A DNA stretch of 32,000 bases, from positions 4,320,001 through 4,352,000 of the forward strand of contig LT962688.1 of the NCBI GenBank assembly GCA_900234795.1. Direction: 5' to 3'. The notes beneath the pieces are model-generated. The model saw nothing but the letters and a program-made list of their open reading frames with translations, made no database searches and was not told where the DNA came from. Below, piece after piece: positions 1-8,633 of this stretch (positions within the stretch are counted from its first letter, which is position 1; each line of letters begins with the position of its first letter). Made by a program: the position numbers and the translations under genes. The stretch comes from Methylorubrum extorquens. GTDB taxonomy: Bacteria > Pseudomonadota > Alphaproteobacteria > Rhizobiales > Beijerinckiaceae.

Positions 1-1
1 A

Positions 2-190
2 CTGCTGGATGAGGGCGTCGCCCCCCCGGCAGCGGTGATCGGCATTCCCGTCGGCTTCGTCGGCGCGGCGGAATCCAAGGAGGCGCTGGCGCGGGATGGG
101 CGCGTGCCCTTCGTCGTGGTCCATGGCCGCCGCGGCGGCAGCGCGATGACGGCCGCCGCCGTCAACGCGCTCGCGAACGAGATCGAGTGA
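2..190 (+). CDS. cobH: precorrin-8X methylmutase, C-terminal fragment (5' end lies outside the window)
   Basis: Frame 2 is open from the window edge to TGA 188-190. The translation ...[46 protein letters not shown]... resembles the conserved CobH/CbiC C-terminus. cobI and cobJ follow directly. Confidence 0.7.
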   Translation: MLDEGVAPPAAVIGIPVGFVGAAESKEALARDGRVPFVVVHGRRGGSAMTAAAVNALANEIE

Positions 191-987
191 TGGAGGGGAG
201 CGTGCGCATCGACGCGCCGGCCGAGACCACGGACGGCGCGGGCGAGACCCCCGCCGCGGCCAAAACCGGTACGCTCTACGGCGTCGGCATGGGGCCGGGC
301 GATCCGGATTTCCTCACCGTGAAGGCGATGCGGGTGCTGGAGCACGCCCCCGTGCTCGTCCACTTCTGCAAGCGGGGCAAGCGCGGCAACGCCCGCACCA
401 TCGCCGACGCGGTGATGATCGATCCGACCCGCGAGTTTCCGCTCGCCTATCCCTACACCACCGAGCTTCACCCCGATCACCCGGAATACGTCGCGGCGTT
501 GGCCGGCTTCTACGACGAGGCGGCGGGACGGCTCGCCGACCATCTTGGTGCCGGCCGCGACGTGGCGATCCTGTCGGAGGGCGATCCCTTCTTCTACGGC
601 TCGTTCATGCATCTGTGGCGCCGCCTGAAGGACCGCTTCCCCGTCGAGGTGATCCCCGGTGTCACCGGCATGTCGGGATGCTGGACGCGGGCCGGCACGC
701 CGATCACCTGGGGCGACGACGTGCTCACCATCCTGCCGGCGACGCTGCCGCGCGAGGCGCTGGTGGAGCGGCTGAAGGGCACGGATGCGGCCGTTATCAT
801 GAAGCTCGGCCGGCACCTGCCGAAGGTGCGCGGCGTGCTGGCCGAGACCGGCTTTCTCGCCCGCGCGGTCTATGTCGAGCGCGGCACCATGGCCGGCGAG
901 CGGGTGGTGCCGCTGGCCGAGAAGGAGGACGACGTCGCGCCCTACTTCTCCATGGTGCTGGTGCCCGGCGAGGGCCGGCGCCCGTGA
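190..987 (+). CDS. cobI: precorrin-2 C20-methyltransferase
   Basis: ORF 187/190-987. Tetrapyrrole methylase motifs are present: LYGVGMGPGDPDFLT and SEGDPFFYGSF. ATG 190 overlaps the cobH stop (TGATG); GTG 187 is an alternative start. Confidence 0.88.
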   Translation: MEGSVRIDAPAETTDGAGETPAAAKTGTLYGVGMGPGDPDFLTVKAMRVLEHAPVLVHFCKRGKRGNARTIADAVMIDPTREFPLAYPYTTELHPDHPEYVAALAGFYDEAAGRLADHLGAGRDVAILSEGDPFFYGSFMHLWRRLKDRFPVEVIPGVTGMSGCWTRAGTPITWGDDVLTILPATLPREALVERLKGTDAAVIMKLGRHLPKVRGVLAETGFLARAVYVERGTMAGERVVPLAEKEDDVAPYFSMVLVPGEGRRP

Positions 988-1745
988 GCGCGTCAGGAAG
1001 CGTGACGATCATCGGCCTCGGGCCGGGTGATCCGCGCCTGCTCACCGAATCGGCGCGCGACGCCCTCGACCGGGCGCAGGATCTGATCGGTTACATCCCC
1101 TACGTCGCCCGCGTGCCGGAGCGCGAGGGGCTGACCCGTCACGCCAGCGACAACCGCGTCGAGGTGGACCGCGCCCGGCATGCGCTGGAGCTCGCCGTGG
1201 CTGGCCGGCATGTCGCGGTGGTCTCGGGCGGCGATCCCGGCGTGTTTGCCATGGCGGCCGCCGTGTTCGAGGCGGTCGAGCACGGACCCGCGCACTGGCG
1301 CGACCTCGACATCCGGGTCGAGCCCGGCATCACCGCGATGCTCGCCGCCGCCGCCCGCCTCGGCGCACCGCTCGGCGGCGATTTCTGCGCGATCTCGCTG
1401 TCGGATAACCTCAAGCCCTGGGACGTTGTGACCGCCCGGCTGGAGGCGGTGCTGCGGGCGGGGCTCAGCGTCGCCCTTTACAATCCAATCTCCACCGCAC
1501 GGCCGTGGCAACTCGGCCGGGCGCTGGCGCTCGCCGCCGAGATTCTGCCTGCCACGACGCCGGTCATCTTCGCCCGCGCCGTGACCCGGCCGGACGAAGC
1601 GTTGCGGGTGCTGACCCTGAATGAGGCCCGCACCGCGCCGGCCGACATGGCGACCATGGTCATCATCGGCGCCGCCACGACGCGGCTGATCGAGCGGGAA
1701 GGGCGTCTGCCCTTCGTCTACACGCCGCGGAGCGTCACGCTCTGA
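984..1745 (+). CDS. cobJ: precorrin-3B C17-methyltransferase
   Basis: An in-frame GTG at 984 overlaps the cobI stop (GTGA). Motifs VTIIGLGPGDPRLLT and VVSGGDPGVFAMA are present. The 615 start in the ORF track is a shadow extension running through cobI. Confidence 0.88.
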   Translation: MSASGSVTIIGLGPGDPRLLTESARDALDRAQDLIGYIPYVARVPEREGLTRHASDNRVEVDRARHALELAVAGRHVAVVSGGDPGVFAMAAAVFEAVEHGPAHWRDLDIRVEPGITAMLAAAARLGAPLGGDFCAISLSDNLKPWDVVTARLEAVLRAGLSVALYNPISTARPWQLGRALALAAEILPATTPVIFARAVTRPDEALRVLTLNEARTAPADMATMVIIGAATTRLIEREGRLPFVYTPRSVTL

Positions 1746-1830
1746 CGCGGACACCTCCGCAGCGTACTCCTACAATCGAAGGATGTGCTGTTCCGAGGTT
1801 CAGGTCCCTGAATCCCGCGTGCTCCAAGCT

Positions 1831-1911
1831 TTAGAACACGTTGAAGAACCACAGCAGAAGAATGATCGGCAGCGGAATGCCGATCAACCAGAGAAGTCCA
1901 CCTTTGAGCAT
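1831..1911 (-). CDS. 26-aa hydrophobic mini-protein (MLKGGLLWLIGIPLPIILLLWFFNVF), predicted single-TM peptide
   Basis: ATG is at 1909-1911 (minus strand) with a GGGAGA Shine-Dalgarno 7 nt upstream, and TAA at 1831-1833. It is too short for the ORF track. It lies in the AT-richer cobJ/GTA intergenic region. Confidence 0.4.
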   Translation of the reverse strand: MLKGGLLWLIGIPLPIILLLWFFNVF

Positions 1912-2103
1912 CGTGCTGTCTCCCGTGTGATGGAGGCGGTGACGCGCACTCCTTAGCTTATCTACCAATGAGGCTCGGTTGGCGTTCCTGATCTATGGAA
2001 AAATTCATAATCGGGCGGGTTTGCAACGACAGGCAATCGCAAGCCGCGGTTCCATCTTTTCGGACCAAATTCCTCTGATGCGGCCAATATAGGAATTTAT
2101 GGA

Positions 2104-2132
2104 TTGACACCGCGACGCTCCTCCTGTAGGTA
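2104..2132 (+). promoter_or_regulatory. candidate sigma70-type promoter for the GTA cluster (TTGACA-N17-TAGGTA)
   Basis: A perfect TTGACA sits at 2104-2109, followed by a 17-nt spacer and a weak -10 (TAGGTA) at 2127-2132. This is about 40 nt upstream of the SD-supported ATG 2170 and inside the only AT-rich stretch of the window. Confidence 0.25.
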
Positions 2133-2169
2133 AAGGGCACGCTCAAGAAGTGTGGATGGAGACGCCGCG

Positions 2170-2598
2170 ATGCCGGACCCCTCCGAGCCACGCGGTGAAC
2201 CCGAGCCGGGCGCATCTTCGAAGCCAAGCGCCAAGAAAGCCCGCAAGCGTGTACGGGATGCCCGGCAGCTGCGGGCGCAGTTGCGCACGCATATCGAACG
2301 GCAGATCGCTCGCTTCGATGCCGCGCTCGAGACTGCGGCACCACCGGCCGGGTTGGATTCCGCGAAAGTGCTGCGCGATCTCGGCGCCCTGAAGACCATG
2401 CTCGACGACATGAAGGCGGCCGACCGGGCCGCGCGGAAGGGAGGGACGGATGGTGCAGCCAGCCGACCAACCCTGCACGCCGCCGACCTCGTGGCGATGC
2501 GCACGGATATCGCGCGCCGCTATGCTGCATTCGCGGCGGCGGAGCCGGACGACGGCGTTCCTGACCCGTCTCTCGCCGGACCATCTGCGCCTGCTTGA
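2170..2598 (+). CDS. GTA g1-position ORF, putative small terminase-like / basic coiled-coil protein
   Basis: The ORF is 2152-2598. ATG 2170 has GGAGA 7 nt upstream. The N-terminus is K/R-rich (KPSAKKARKRVRDARQLRAQLR). It lies directly upstream of the large terminase and overlaps it. GC3 bias is good until about 2550, then the terL frame takes over. Confidence 0.45.
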   Translation: MPDPSEPRGEPEPGASSKPSAKKARKRVRDARQLRAQLRTHIERQIARFDAALETAAPPAGLDSAKVLRDLGALKTMLDDMKAADRAARKGGTDGAASRPTLHAADLVAMRTDIARRYAAFAAAEPDDGVPDPSLAGPSAPA

Positions 2599-3826
2599 GG
2601 CCGATTGGCTTCACCTCGCGCGGCACGATCAGCTTCCGCCGCCGGGAAACTGGACGACCTGGGCAGTGATCGGGGGGCGCGGCTCCGGAAAGACCCGGAC
2701 CGGCGCCGAATGGGTGCGCGGCCTCGCCTACGGCGACCCGGTGTTCTCACCGGAGCCGGTGGAGCGGATCGCCCTCGTCGGCGAGACCTTCGCCGATGTG
2801 CGCGACGTGATGATCGAAGGGCCGTCCGGGCTTCTCGCTCTGCCGCGTCTCGGCGGTGCGCCGCCGGTCTGGCAGCCGTCGCGGCGGCGGGTGGTGTTCG
2901 GCAACGGCGCGGTGGCGCTCGCCTTCTCCGCCGAGGAGCCGGATTCGCTTCGCGGCCCGCAATTCGGTGCCGTGTGGTCGGACGAAGTGGCCAAGTGGCG
3001 CGAGGCCGAGGCCACCTACGACATGATCCAGTTCGGGCTGCGGCTCGGAACGCATCCGCGCGGTCTCGTCACCACCACGCCGCGTCCAGTGCCGCTGATC
3101 CGACGGCTGCTTGCCGACCCGCGCACGGTGGTGACGCGCTCGCGCACCGCCGACAATGCTCAGAACCTCGCGCCGAGCTTTTTGGAGGAGGTGGTCGGCC
3201 GCTACGCCGGCACCCGGCTCGGGCGGCAGGAACTCGATGGCGAGTTGATCGAGGACCGGCCGGATGCGCTCTGGACCCGTGATTCCATCGAGCGGGCGCG
3301 CGTCTCCGAGGCGCCGCCGCTGCAACGCATCGCCGTCGCCATCGATCCGCCGGCCTCCTCCCGCGTCGGGGCCGACGCCTGCGGCATCGTCGCGGCCGGG
3401 CTCGCGGCCGATGGAACCGCCTACGTGCTGGCCGATGCGACTCTGGAACAGGCCGCACCCGCGGTCTGGGCGCGGGCGGCGCTGGCCCTGTACCACAGCC
3501 TGGCGGCCGACGCGCTGGTGGCCGAGGTCAACCAGGGTGGCGAGATGGTCGTCGCGGTGTTGGCAGAGGCCGACCCGAGCGTGCCCGTGGCGACGGTGCG
3601 GGCGACGCGGGGCAAGCTGCTGCGGGCCGAGCCGGTTTCGCTGCTCTACGCCCAGGGGCGCGTCCGCCATGTCGGCCCGCTGCCCGCGCTGGAGGACGAG
3701 ATGTGCGCCTTCGGTCCCGGCGGTCTTCCGGGGGGCGGCTCGCCGGATCGGCTCGATGCACTGGTCTGGGCGCTCACGCACCTGATGCTTGCGCCGTCCG
3801 TCGAGCCGCGTATCCGCCGGCTCTGA
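2522..3826 (+). CDS. GTA/phage terminase large subunit (RcGTA g2-like)
   Basis: Walker A motif VIGGRGSGKTRTG is present. The N-terminal LEADWLHLARHDQLPPPGNW motif is typical of GTA TerL. Start is uncertain: ATG 2522 is preferred, and 2450 in the track is probably upstream shadow. Confidence 0.9.
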   Translation: MLHSRRRSRTTAFLTRLSPDHLRLLEADWLHLARHDQLPPPGNWTTWAVIGGRGSGKTRTGAEWVRGLAYGDPVFSPEPVERIALVGETFADVRDVMIEGPSGLLALPRLGGAPPVWQPSRRRVVFGNGAVALAFSAEEPDSLRGPQFGAVWSDEVAKWREAEATYDMIQFGLRLGTHPRGLVTTTPRPVPLIRRLLADPRTVVTRSRTADNAQNLAPSFLEEVVGRYAGTRLGRQELDGELIEDRPDALWTRDSIERARVSEAPPLQRIAVAIDPPASSRVGADACGIVAAGLAADGTAYVLADATLEQAAPAVWARAALALYHSLAADALVAEVNQGGEMVVAVLAEADPSVPVATVRATRGKLLRAEPVSLLYAQGRVRHVGPLPALEDEMCAFGPGGLPGGGSPDRLDALVWALTHLMLAPSVEPRIRRL

Positions 3827-3876
3827 CGGTCGGCGCGGTTAATTTCACGTGAAACATTGCAAGCGGGAGGCGTGCC

Positions 3877-5049
3877 ATGCCTGGATTCATCGCGCGGCTC
3901 GCGAAGGCGGCCGGGTTCGTCCCCGAGACGAAGGCGAGCGCGGCGTTTGCGCTCTACGGCGAGGGAAGAGCGGTCTGGACTGCGCGCGACTACGCGGCTT
4001 TGGCCCGCGAGGGTTTTCAGCGCAACGCTATCGTCCACCGCTCGGTCCGGCTCGTCGCCGAAGCCGCGGCCTCCCTGCCGCTGACGCTGGCCGGCGCCGA
4101 GGATGCCCATCCATTGCTGGACTTGCTCGCCCGGCCGAATCCGCGCGAAGGCGGGATGCGTTTCCTCGACGGGATCTACGGGCACCTGCTCGTCTCCGGC
4201 AATGCTTACATCGAAGCGGTCGAGATCGATGGCCGACCCCGTGAACTCTTCTCCCTGCGTCCGGACCGGATGCAGGTCGTGGCCGGCGCCGACGGCTGGC
4301 CCGCGGCCTACGAGTACAGCGTCGGGGGGCGCCGACTCCGCTACCAGCAGACCGGCGCCGTGCCGCCGATCCTGCACCTGACGCTGTTCAACCCGCTCGA
4401 CGACCATTACGGCCTCTCGCCGATGGAGGCGGCAGCGGTCCCGCTCGACATCCACAACGCCGCCGGCGCCTGGAACAAGGCCCTGCTCGACAACGCCGCC
4501 CGCCCTTCCGGCGCCCTGGTCTTCGCGCCCTCGACCGGCGCCGCCTTGAGCGACACGCAGTTCACGCGGCTCAAGGCCGAGCTGGAGACGAGCTACCAGG
4601 GCAGCGCCAATGCCGGCCGGCCGCTTCTCCTCGATGGCGGGCTCGATTGGCGGCCGCTCTCGCTCTCACCGAAGGAGATGGACTTTGTCGAGGCGAAGGC
4701 CGCCGCCGCCCGCGAGATCGCGCTCGCCTTCGGCGTGCCGCCGCTGCTGCTCGGCCTTCCCGGCGACAACACCCACGCGAATTACGCCGAGGCCAACCGT
4801 GCCTTCTACCGACAGACGGTGATCCCGCTGGTGCGCCGCACGGCCGATTCGCTCGCGCGCTGGCTGGAGCCCGCTTTCGGCCCCGCGCGGTTGGAGCCGG
4901 ATCTCGACGCGGTCGAGGCGCTGGCGACCGAGCGCGAGTCGCTCTGGCGCCGGGTGCAGGGCGCGGATTTTCTCTCGGTTGCCGAGAAGCGCGAGGCCGT
5001 CGGCTACCCTCCCCAAAGTCCGGGGCAAGGCACCGGCTCTTCAGCCTGA
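3877..5049 (+). CDS. HK97-family phage portal protein (RcGTA g3-like)
   Basis: 390 aa. Contains FQRNAIVHRSVRLVAEAAASLP, SGNAYIE and a conserved C-terminal half. It sits after the terminase. Confidence 0.93.
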   Translation: MPGFIARLAKAAGFVPETKASAAFALYGEGRAVWTARDYAALAREGFQRNAIVHRSVRLVAEAAASLPLTLAGAEDAHPLLDLLARPNPREGGMRFLDGIYGHLLVSGNAYIEAVEIDGRPRELFSLRPDRMQVVAGADGWPAAYEYSVGGRRLRYQQTGAVPPILHLTLFNPLDDHYGLSPMEAAAVPLDIHNAAGAWNKALLDNAARPSGALVFAPSTGAALSDTQFTRLKAELETSYQGSANAGRPLLLDGGLDWRPLSLSPKEMDFVEAKAAAAREIALAFGVPPLLLGLPGDNTHANYAEANRAFYRQTVIPLVRRTADSLARWLEPAFGPARLEPDLDAVEALATERESLWRRVQGADFLSVAEKREAVGYPPQSPGQGTGSSA

Positions 5050-5106
5050 GGCCCCTGCGGGATTCACGCAGAGCCCGCTCTTCACTCCTCTTGTCGAGGT
5101 CTTGTC

Positions 5107-5577
5107 ATGGATGGCCATTTCACGGGCTACGCCAGCCTGTTCGGCGTGCCCGATCTCGGCCGCGACACCGTCGCGCCGAGAGCGTTTGCCGCGAGCCTCG
5201 CCCGGCGGGGCGCGCGCGGGGTGCGGATGCTGTGGCAGCACGATCCGGCCGAGCCAATCGGCTCCTGGCTTTCCCTCAAGGAGGATGGCCGGGGCCTGCG
5301 CGTCGCCGGCCGGCTTAACCTCGCGGTTCAGCGCGCCCGCGAGATCGACGCGCTGATGCGCGAGGGCGCCCTCGATGGGCTCTCCATCGGCTTTCGCGTC
5401 GTGCGGGCTTCACCTGAGCGCGGCGGGCGTCGGCTGCTTGCCGTCGATCTCTGGGAGGTCTCGCTGGTGACCTTCCCGCTGCAGCCCGACGCGCGGGTGA
5501 TCCGCGCCGCAGCACCCCGCCCCTTCGTCCCGCCGCGCCTGCGCCTCGCGGCCCCGCCGCTCGCGGCGCGCGCCTGA
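5107..5577 (+). CDS. HK97-family prohead maturation protease (RcGTA g4-like)
   Basis: 156 aa. Contains GYASLFGVPDLGRDTV, MLWQHD, GLSIGF and EVSLVTFP. It sits between portal and capsid. Confidence 0.9.
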   Translation: MDGHFTGYASLFGVPDLGRDTVAPRAFAASLARRGARGVRMLWQHDPAEPIGSWLSLKEDGRGLRVAGRLNLAVQRAREIDALMREGALDGLSIGFRVVRASPERGGRRLLAVDLWEVSLVTFPLQPDARVIRAAAPRPFVPPRLRLAAPPLAARA

Positions 5578-5609
5578 GCTTTCCGCCTTCCTTCACCAAC
5601 GAGGATGCC

Positions 5610-6875
5610 ATGACCGAGATGCGTTTCGAGACCAAGGCCCCCACCGGCCTGCCCGAGAACAAGGCGGCGACGTTCGGCACCGAAGCGGTGCTCGACGAGT
5701 TCGCCCGCGCCTTCGAGGCGTTCAAGGAGGCCAACGACCTCCGCCTCTCCGAGATCGAGACCCGGCTCACCGCGGACGTCGTGACCAAGGAGAAGCTCAT
5801 CCGCATCGACGCGGCCCTCGATCAGGCGAAGAACCGCCTTGACCGGATCAGCCTCGACCGTGCCCGGCCGCCGCTCGGCGGGACGGAGCCGGCGCGCGAC
5901 GCCACCGCCACCGAGCACAAGGCGGCCTTCGACCTCTATGTTCGGGCCGGCGAGAGCGCCGGCCTCAAGCGGCTGGAAGAGAAGGCACTTTCCGCCGGCT
6001 CCGGGCCGGATGGCGGCTACCTCGTGCCGCCGACGATCGAGCGCGAGGTGCTGCGTCGGCTTGCCGAAATCTCGCCGATCCGCGCGATCGCCACGGTGCG
6101 GACCGTCTCCGGCGGCCAGTACAAGCGTGCGGTCTCGGTCAACGGTCCCGCCGCCGGCTGGGTCGCCGAGACCGCGCCCCGGCCGCAGACCGACGCGCCG
6201 AACCTGTCCGAGCTGAGCTTTCCGGCGATGGAGCTCTACGCCATGCCGGCCGCGACCCAGACGCTGCTCGACGACGCGGTGCTCGATATCGATGCGTGGC
6301 TCGCCGAGGAAGTCGAGGCGGCCTTCGCCGAGCAGGAGAGCGTCGCCTTCGTCACCGGCAACGGCGTCGGTCGGCCGAAGGGCTTTCTCAGCTACGACAC
6401 CGTCGCCAACGCCAACTGGGCTTCGGGCAGGCTCGGCTTCATCGCGACGGGGGCGGCCGGCGCCTTCCCCGCGAGCAATCCGAGCGACGTGCTGTTCGAT
6501 CTCATCTACGCACTGCGTGCCGGCTACCGCCAGGGTGCGAGCTTCGTGATGAATCGGCGGGTGCAGAGCGCGATCCGCAAGTTCAAGGACGCCGACGGCA
6601 ACTACCTCTGGCAGCCGCCGCTCGCCGCCGACCGGGCCGCGACACTGATGGGCTTTCCGCTGGTCGAAGCCGAGGCGATGCCCGACATCGCCGCCGGCAG
6701 CCACGCCATCGCCTTCGGCGACTTCAAGCGCGGCTACCTCGTCGTGGACCGCGTCGGTCTGCGGACCCTGCGCGATCCCTACTCCGCCAAGCCCTACGTG
6801 CTGTTCTACACCACCAAGCGCGTCGGCGGCGGGGTGCAGGACTTCGCCGCGATCAAGTTGCTTCGGTTCGCCTGA
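5610..6875 (+). CDS. HK97-family major capsid protein (RcGTA g5-like)
   Basis: 421 aa. An N-terminal delta-domain-like coiled coil is followed by the GGYLVPP and GFLSY..., MNRRV motifs. Position is canonical. Confidence 0.93.
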   Translation: MTEMRFETKAPTGLPENKAATFGTEAVLDEFARAFEAFKEANDLRLSEIETRLTADVVTKEKLIRIDAALDQAKNRLDRISLDRARPPLGGTEPARDATATEHKAAFDLYVRAGESAGLKRLEEKALSAGSGPDGGYLVPPTIEREVLRRLAEISPIRAIATVRTVSGGQYKRAVSVNGPAAGWVAETAPRPQTDAPNLSELSFPAMELYAMPAATQTLLDDAVLDIDAWLAEEVEAAFAEQESVAFVTGNGVGRPKGFLSYDTVANANWASGRLGFIATGAAGAFPASNPSDVLFDLIYALRAGYRQGASFVMNRRVQSAIRKFKDADGNYLWQPPLAADRAATLMGFPLVEAEAMPDIAAGSHAIAFGDFKRGYLVVDRVGLRTLRDPYSAKPYVLFYTTKRVGGGVQDFAAIKLLRFA

Positions 6876-6881
6876 TCGCTC

Positions 6882-7730
6882 TCAGTACATCCGCCGCCGG
6901 CCGGGCCGGGCCATCCACTCGGTGCGCCCGGCCTGCGCCGCCGCCATGTCGGCGGTCATCGCTTCCATCTCGGCGGTGCGCGAGGAAATCCAGCTCGCGT
7001 GCTCGCCGGTGGGGGTGACGGCGGTGAAGCCGCCGCAGGCGGTGCGGGCGCGCCGGTCCTGACGCATGGCGCCGCTCGACCAGCTCACGACGCCGACCAT
7101 TTGGCCGCCGCGCAGGATCGGGCCTCCGGAATCACCAAGGCACGCGCCCGCGCCGGCGGTTTCGGCCATGCGGCGCGAGTCGGTTACGACCGTGACGCGG
7201 TTGGCGACCTGCAACGAGCCGATCGACACGAGATGCGCAGTGCGCAGCGTCCGCGCGGTGTTGCGGCGGTTCTCGGCGAGCACGCCGAAGCCGGCGATGT
7301 CCACGTTGTCGCCCGTGGTGATCGAACCGCCGCGGGGATCGAGCGGGCGGAAGCCGGCGCCGACCGGCTGCTCCAGCTTGATCAGGGCGAGGTCGATGCC
7401 GGGCTGCTCCTCCGGCGTCGTGCCAGGGACGAATTCGGGATGCATCGAGACCGCGACCGCCCGCAGGCGGCGCTGGCGGAAATTCGGATCGACCACGACG
7501 ACGTTGTAGCCGGCCTTGTGCATTACGCAGTGGGCCGCCGTCAGCACGATGTCCTGCGCGATCAGGGTGCCCGAGCAGATCTCGCCCTGCGTGCTCTCGA
7601 TGCGCACCACCGAGGCGCGAAGCCCGCCGGGATCACGGGAGGTGCGGCCCTCGACCACCGCTTGCGCCGAGAGGGGGACGAGACCCAGCAAGGCACCGAG
7701 CACGCACGCGCGAAGAGGGCTCGCAACCAT
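6882..7730 (-). CDS. secreted S1-family (chymotrypsin-fold) serine protease, paralogue 1
   Basis: ATG is at 7728-7730 with GGGAGA 9 nt upstream. Signal peptide is MVASPLRACVLGALLGLVPLSAQA. Catalytic triad motifs are LTAAHCV, DLALIKL and GDSGGP. The 7862 start in the track is probably upstream shadow. Confidence 0.85.
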   Translation of the reverse strand: MVASPLRACVLGALLGLVPLSAQAVVEGRTSRDPGGLRASVVRIESTQGEICSGTLIAQDIVLTAAHCVMHKAGYNVVVVDPNFRQRRLRAVAVSMHPEFVPGTTPEEQPGIDLALIKLEQPVGAGFRPLDPRGGSITTGDNVDIAGFGVLAENRRNTARTLRTAHLVSIGSLQVANRVTVVTDSRRMAETAGAGACLGDSGGPILRGGQMVGVVSWSSGAMRQDRRARTACGGFTAVTPTGEHASWISSRTAEMEAMTADMAAAQAGRTEWMARPGRRRMY

Positions 7731-7877
7731 CTTTTTTGTTCTCCCAGGGCCCTGGCGCGGTGCGCCGGATTCCATGAATGAATCCCGGACCGGTTGAAGC
7801 GTATCCGAAGGCAATTCGGCGGCCAAGGTCCGGTTCCTCATGGGCCGCGGCGCGCGGATCACGATCGGTCAAGGACG

Positions 7878-8633
7878 TCACCAGCGCGCGGAGGCACCCC
7901 AGCCGGACAGCGTCCGGTCGATCCAGTCCCGTTGCGGCCCGAGCAGGATGCCTTGGGTCAGGCCGCCGCAGGCATCCTTCACCCATGCGGCGACCGCGAC
8001 CACCGCCGCGCCCTCAAGGATCGGCCCGCCGGAATCGCCCTGGCAGCCGCCCGCCCCCGGTGCCTTCAGCCAAACCAGGATGCGGCTCGGGCCGTAGGGC
8101 TCGACGACATTGAGCGTTGCGCCGCGATAGGGGCCGATCGAGCGACGGTCGCCGCCCCGCGCGGCGCCGAAGCCGGCGAGCGTCAAGCTCTGGCCGGCCC
8201 GCGGCATCGCGGCGCTCAACGCGGCTGGCACGAACCGGGCGGGCAAGGGCTCGCGGGTGCGCAGCAGCGCGAGGTCGATAGAGCGGGTGCGCCCGCGGAT
8301 GGCATCGCCGTCATAGGCCGGATGCAAGCTGCGGGCAGCTGTCTCGGCCAGCACCGGGCGGCCTGCTTCGTCGCGGTAATGGACGCGGTTCTCGCCCACG
8401 CCCGCCACGCAATGGCCGGCGGTGAGCACCGCGTCTGGCGCGACGACGATCCCTGAGCAGACCCCGCCGCCGGAGGTCAGCACCATCACCGCCGAGGCCG
8501 CGCCCGGCACCTCCGCGCCCTCCCGGCCGCCGACGATGGCGGTCGCCGGCGTGGCCGCGAGCAGGAGCGCGAGGGCCGCCGCCCCGAGGCCAAGGCCTGC
8601 ACTGCGCGGAAGAGATGGGTTCGACGCGCGCAT
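7878..8633 (-). CDS. secreted S1-family (chymotrypsin-fold) serine protease, paralogue 2
   Basis: 251 aa. The signal peptide ends ...ATPATA and is followed by IVGG, the classical mature trypsin N-terminus. Triad motifs are LTAGHCV, DLALLRT and GDSGGP. Confidence 0.85.
   Translation of the reverse strand: MRASNPSLPRSAGLGLGAAALALLLAATPATAIVGGREGAEVPGAASAVMVLTSGGGVCSGIVVAPDAVLTAGHCVAGVGENRVHYRDEAGRPVLAETAARSLHPAYDGDAIRGRTRSIDLALLRTREPLPARFVPAALSAAMPRAGQSLTLAGFGAARGGDRRSIGPYRGATLNVVEPYGPSRILVWLKAPGAGGCQGDSGGPILEGAAVVAVAAWVKDACGGLTQGILLGPQRDWIDRTLSGWGASARW

Noticed and set aside
1746-2169. A CtrA box (TTAA-N7-TTAA) upstream of the GTA cluster.
   Set aside because: I scanned the intergenic region by eye and found no TTAA tetramer at all, so no full or half site can be claimed.
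7731-7877. Short inverted repeats between the two protease genes (CCGGACC/GGTCCGG and CCGAA-N5-TTCGG).
   Set aside because: The stems are only 5-7 bp in very GC-rich DNA, which is expected by chance. They may contribute to a terminator or promoter for the protease genes, but I cannot support a specific call.
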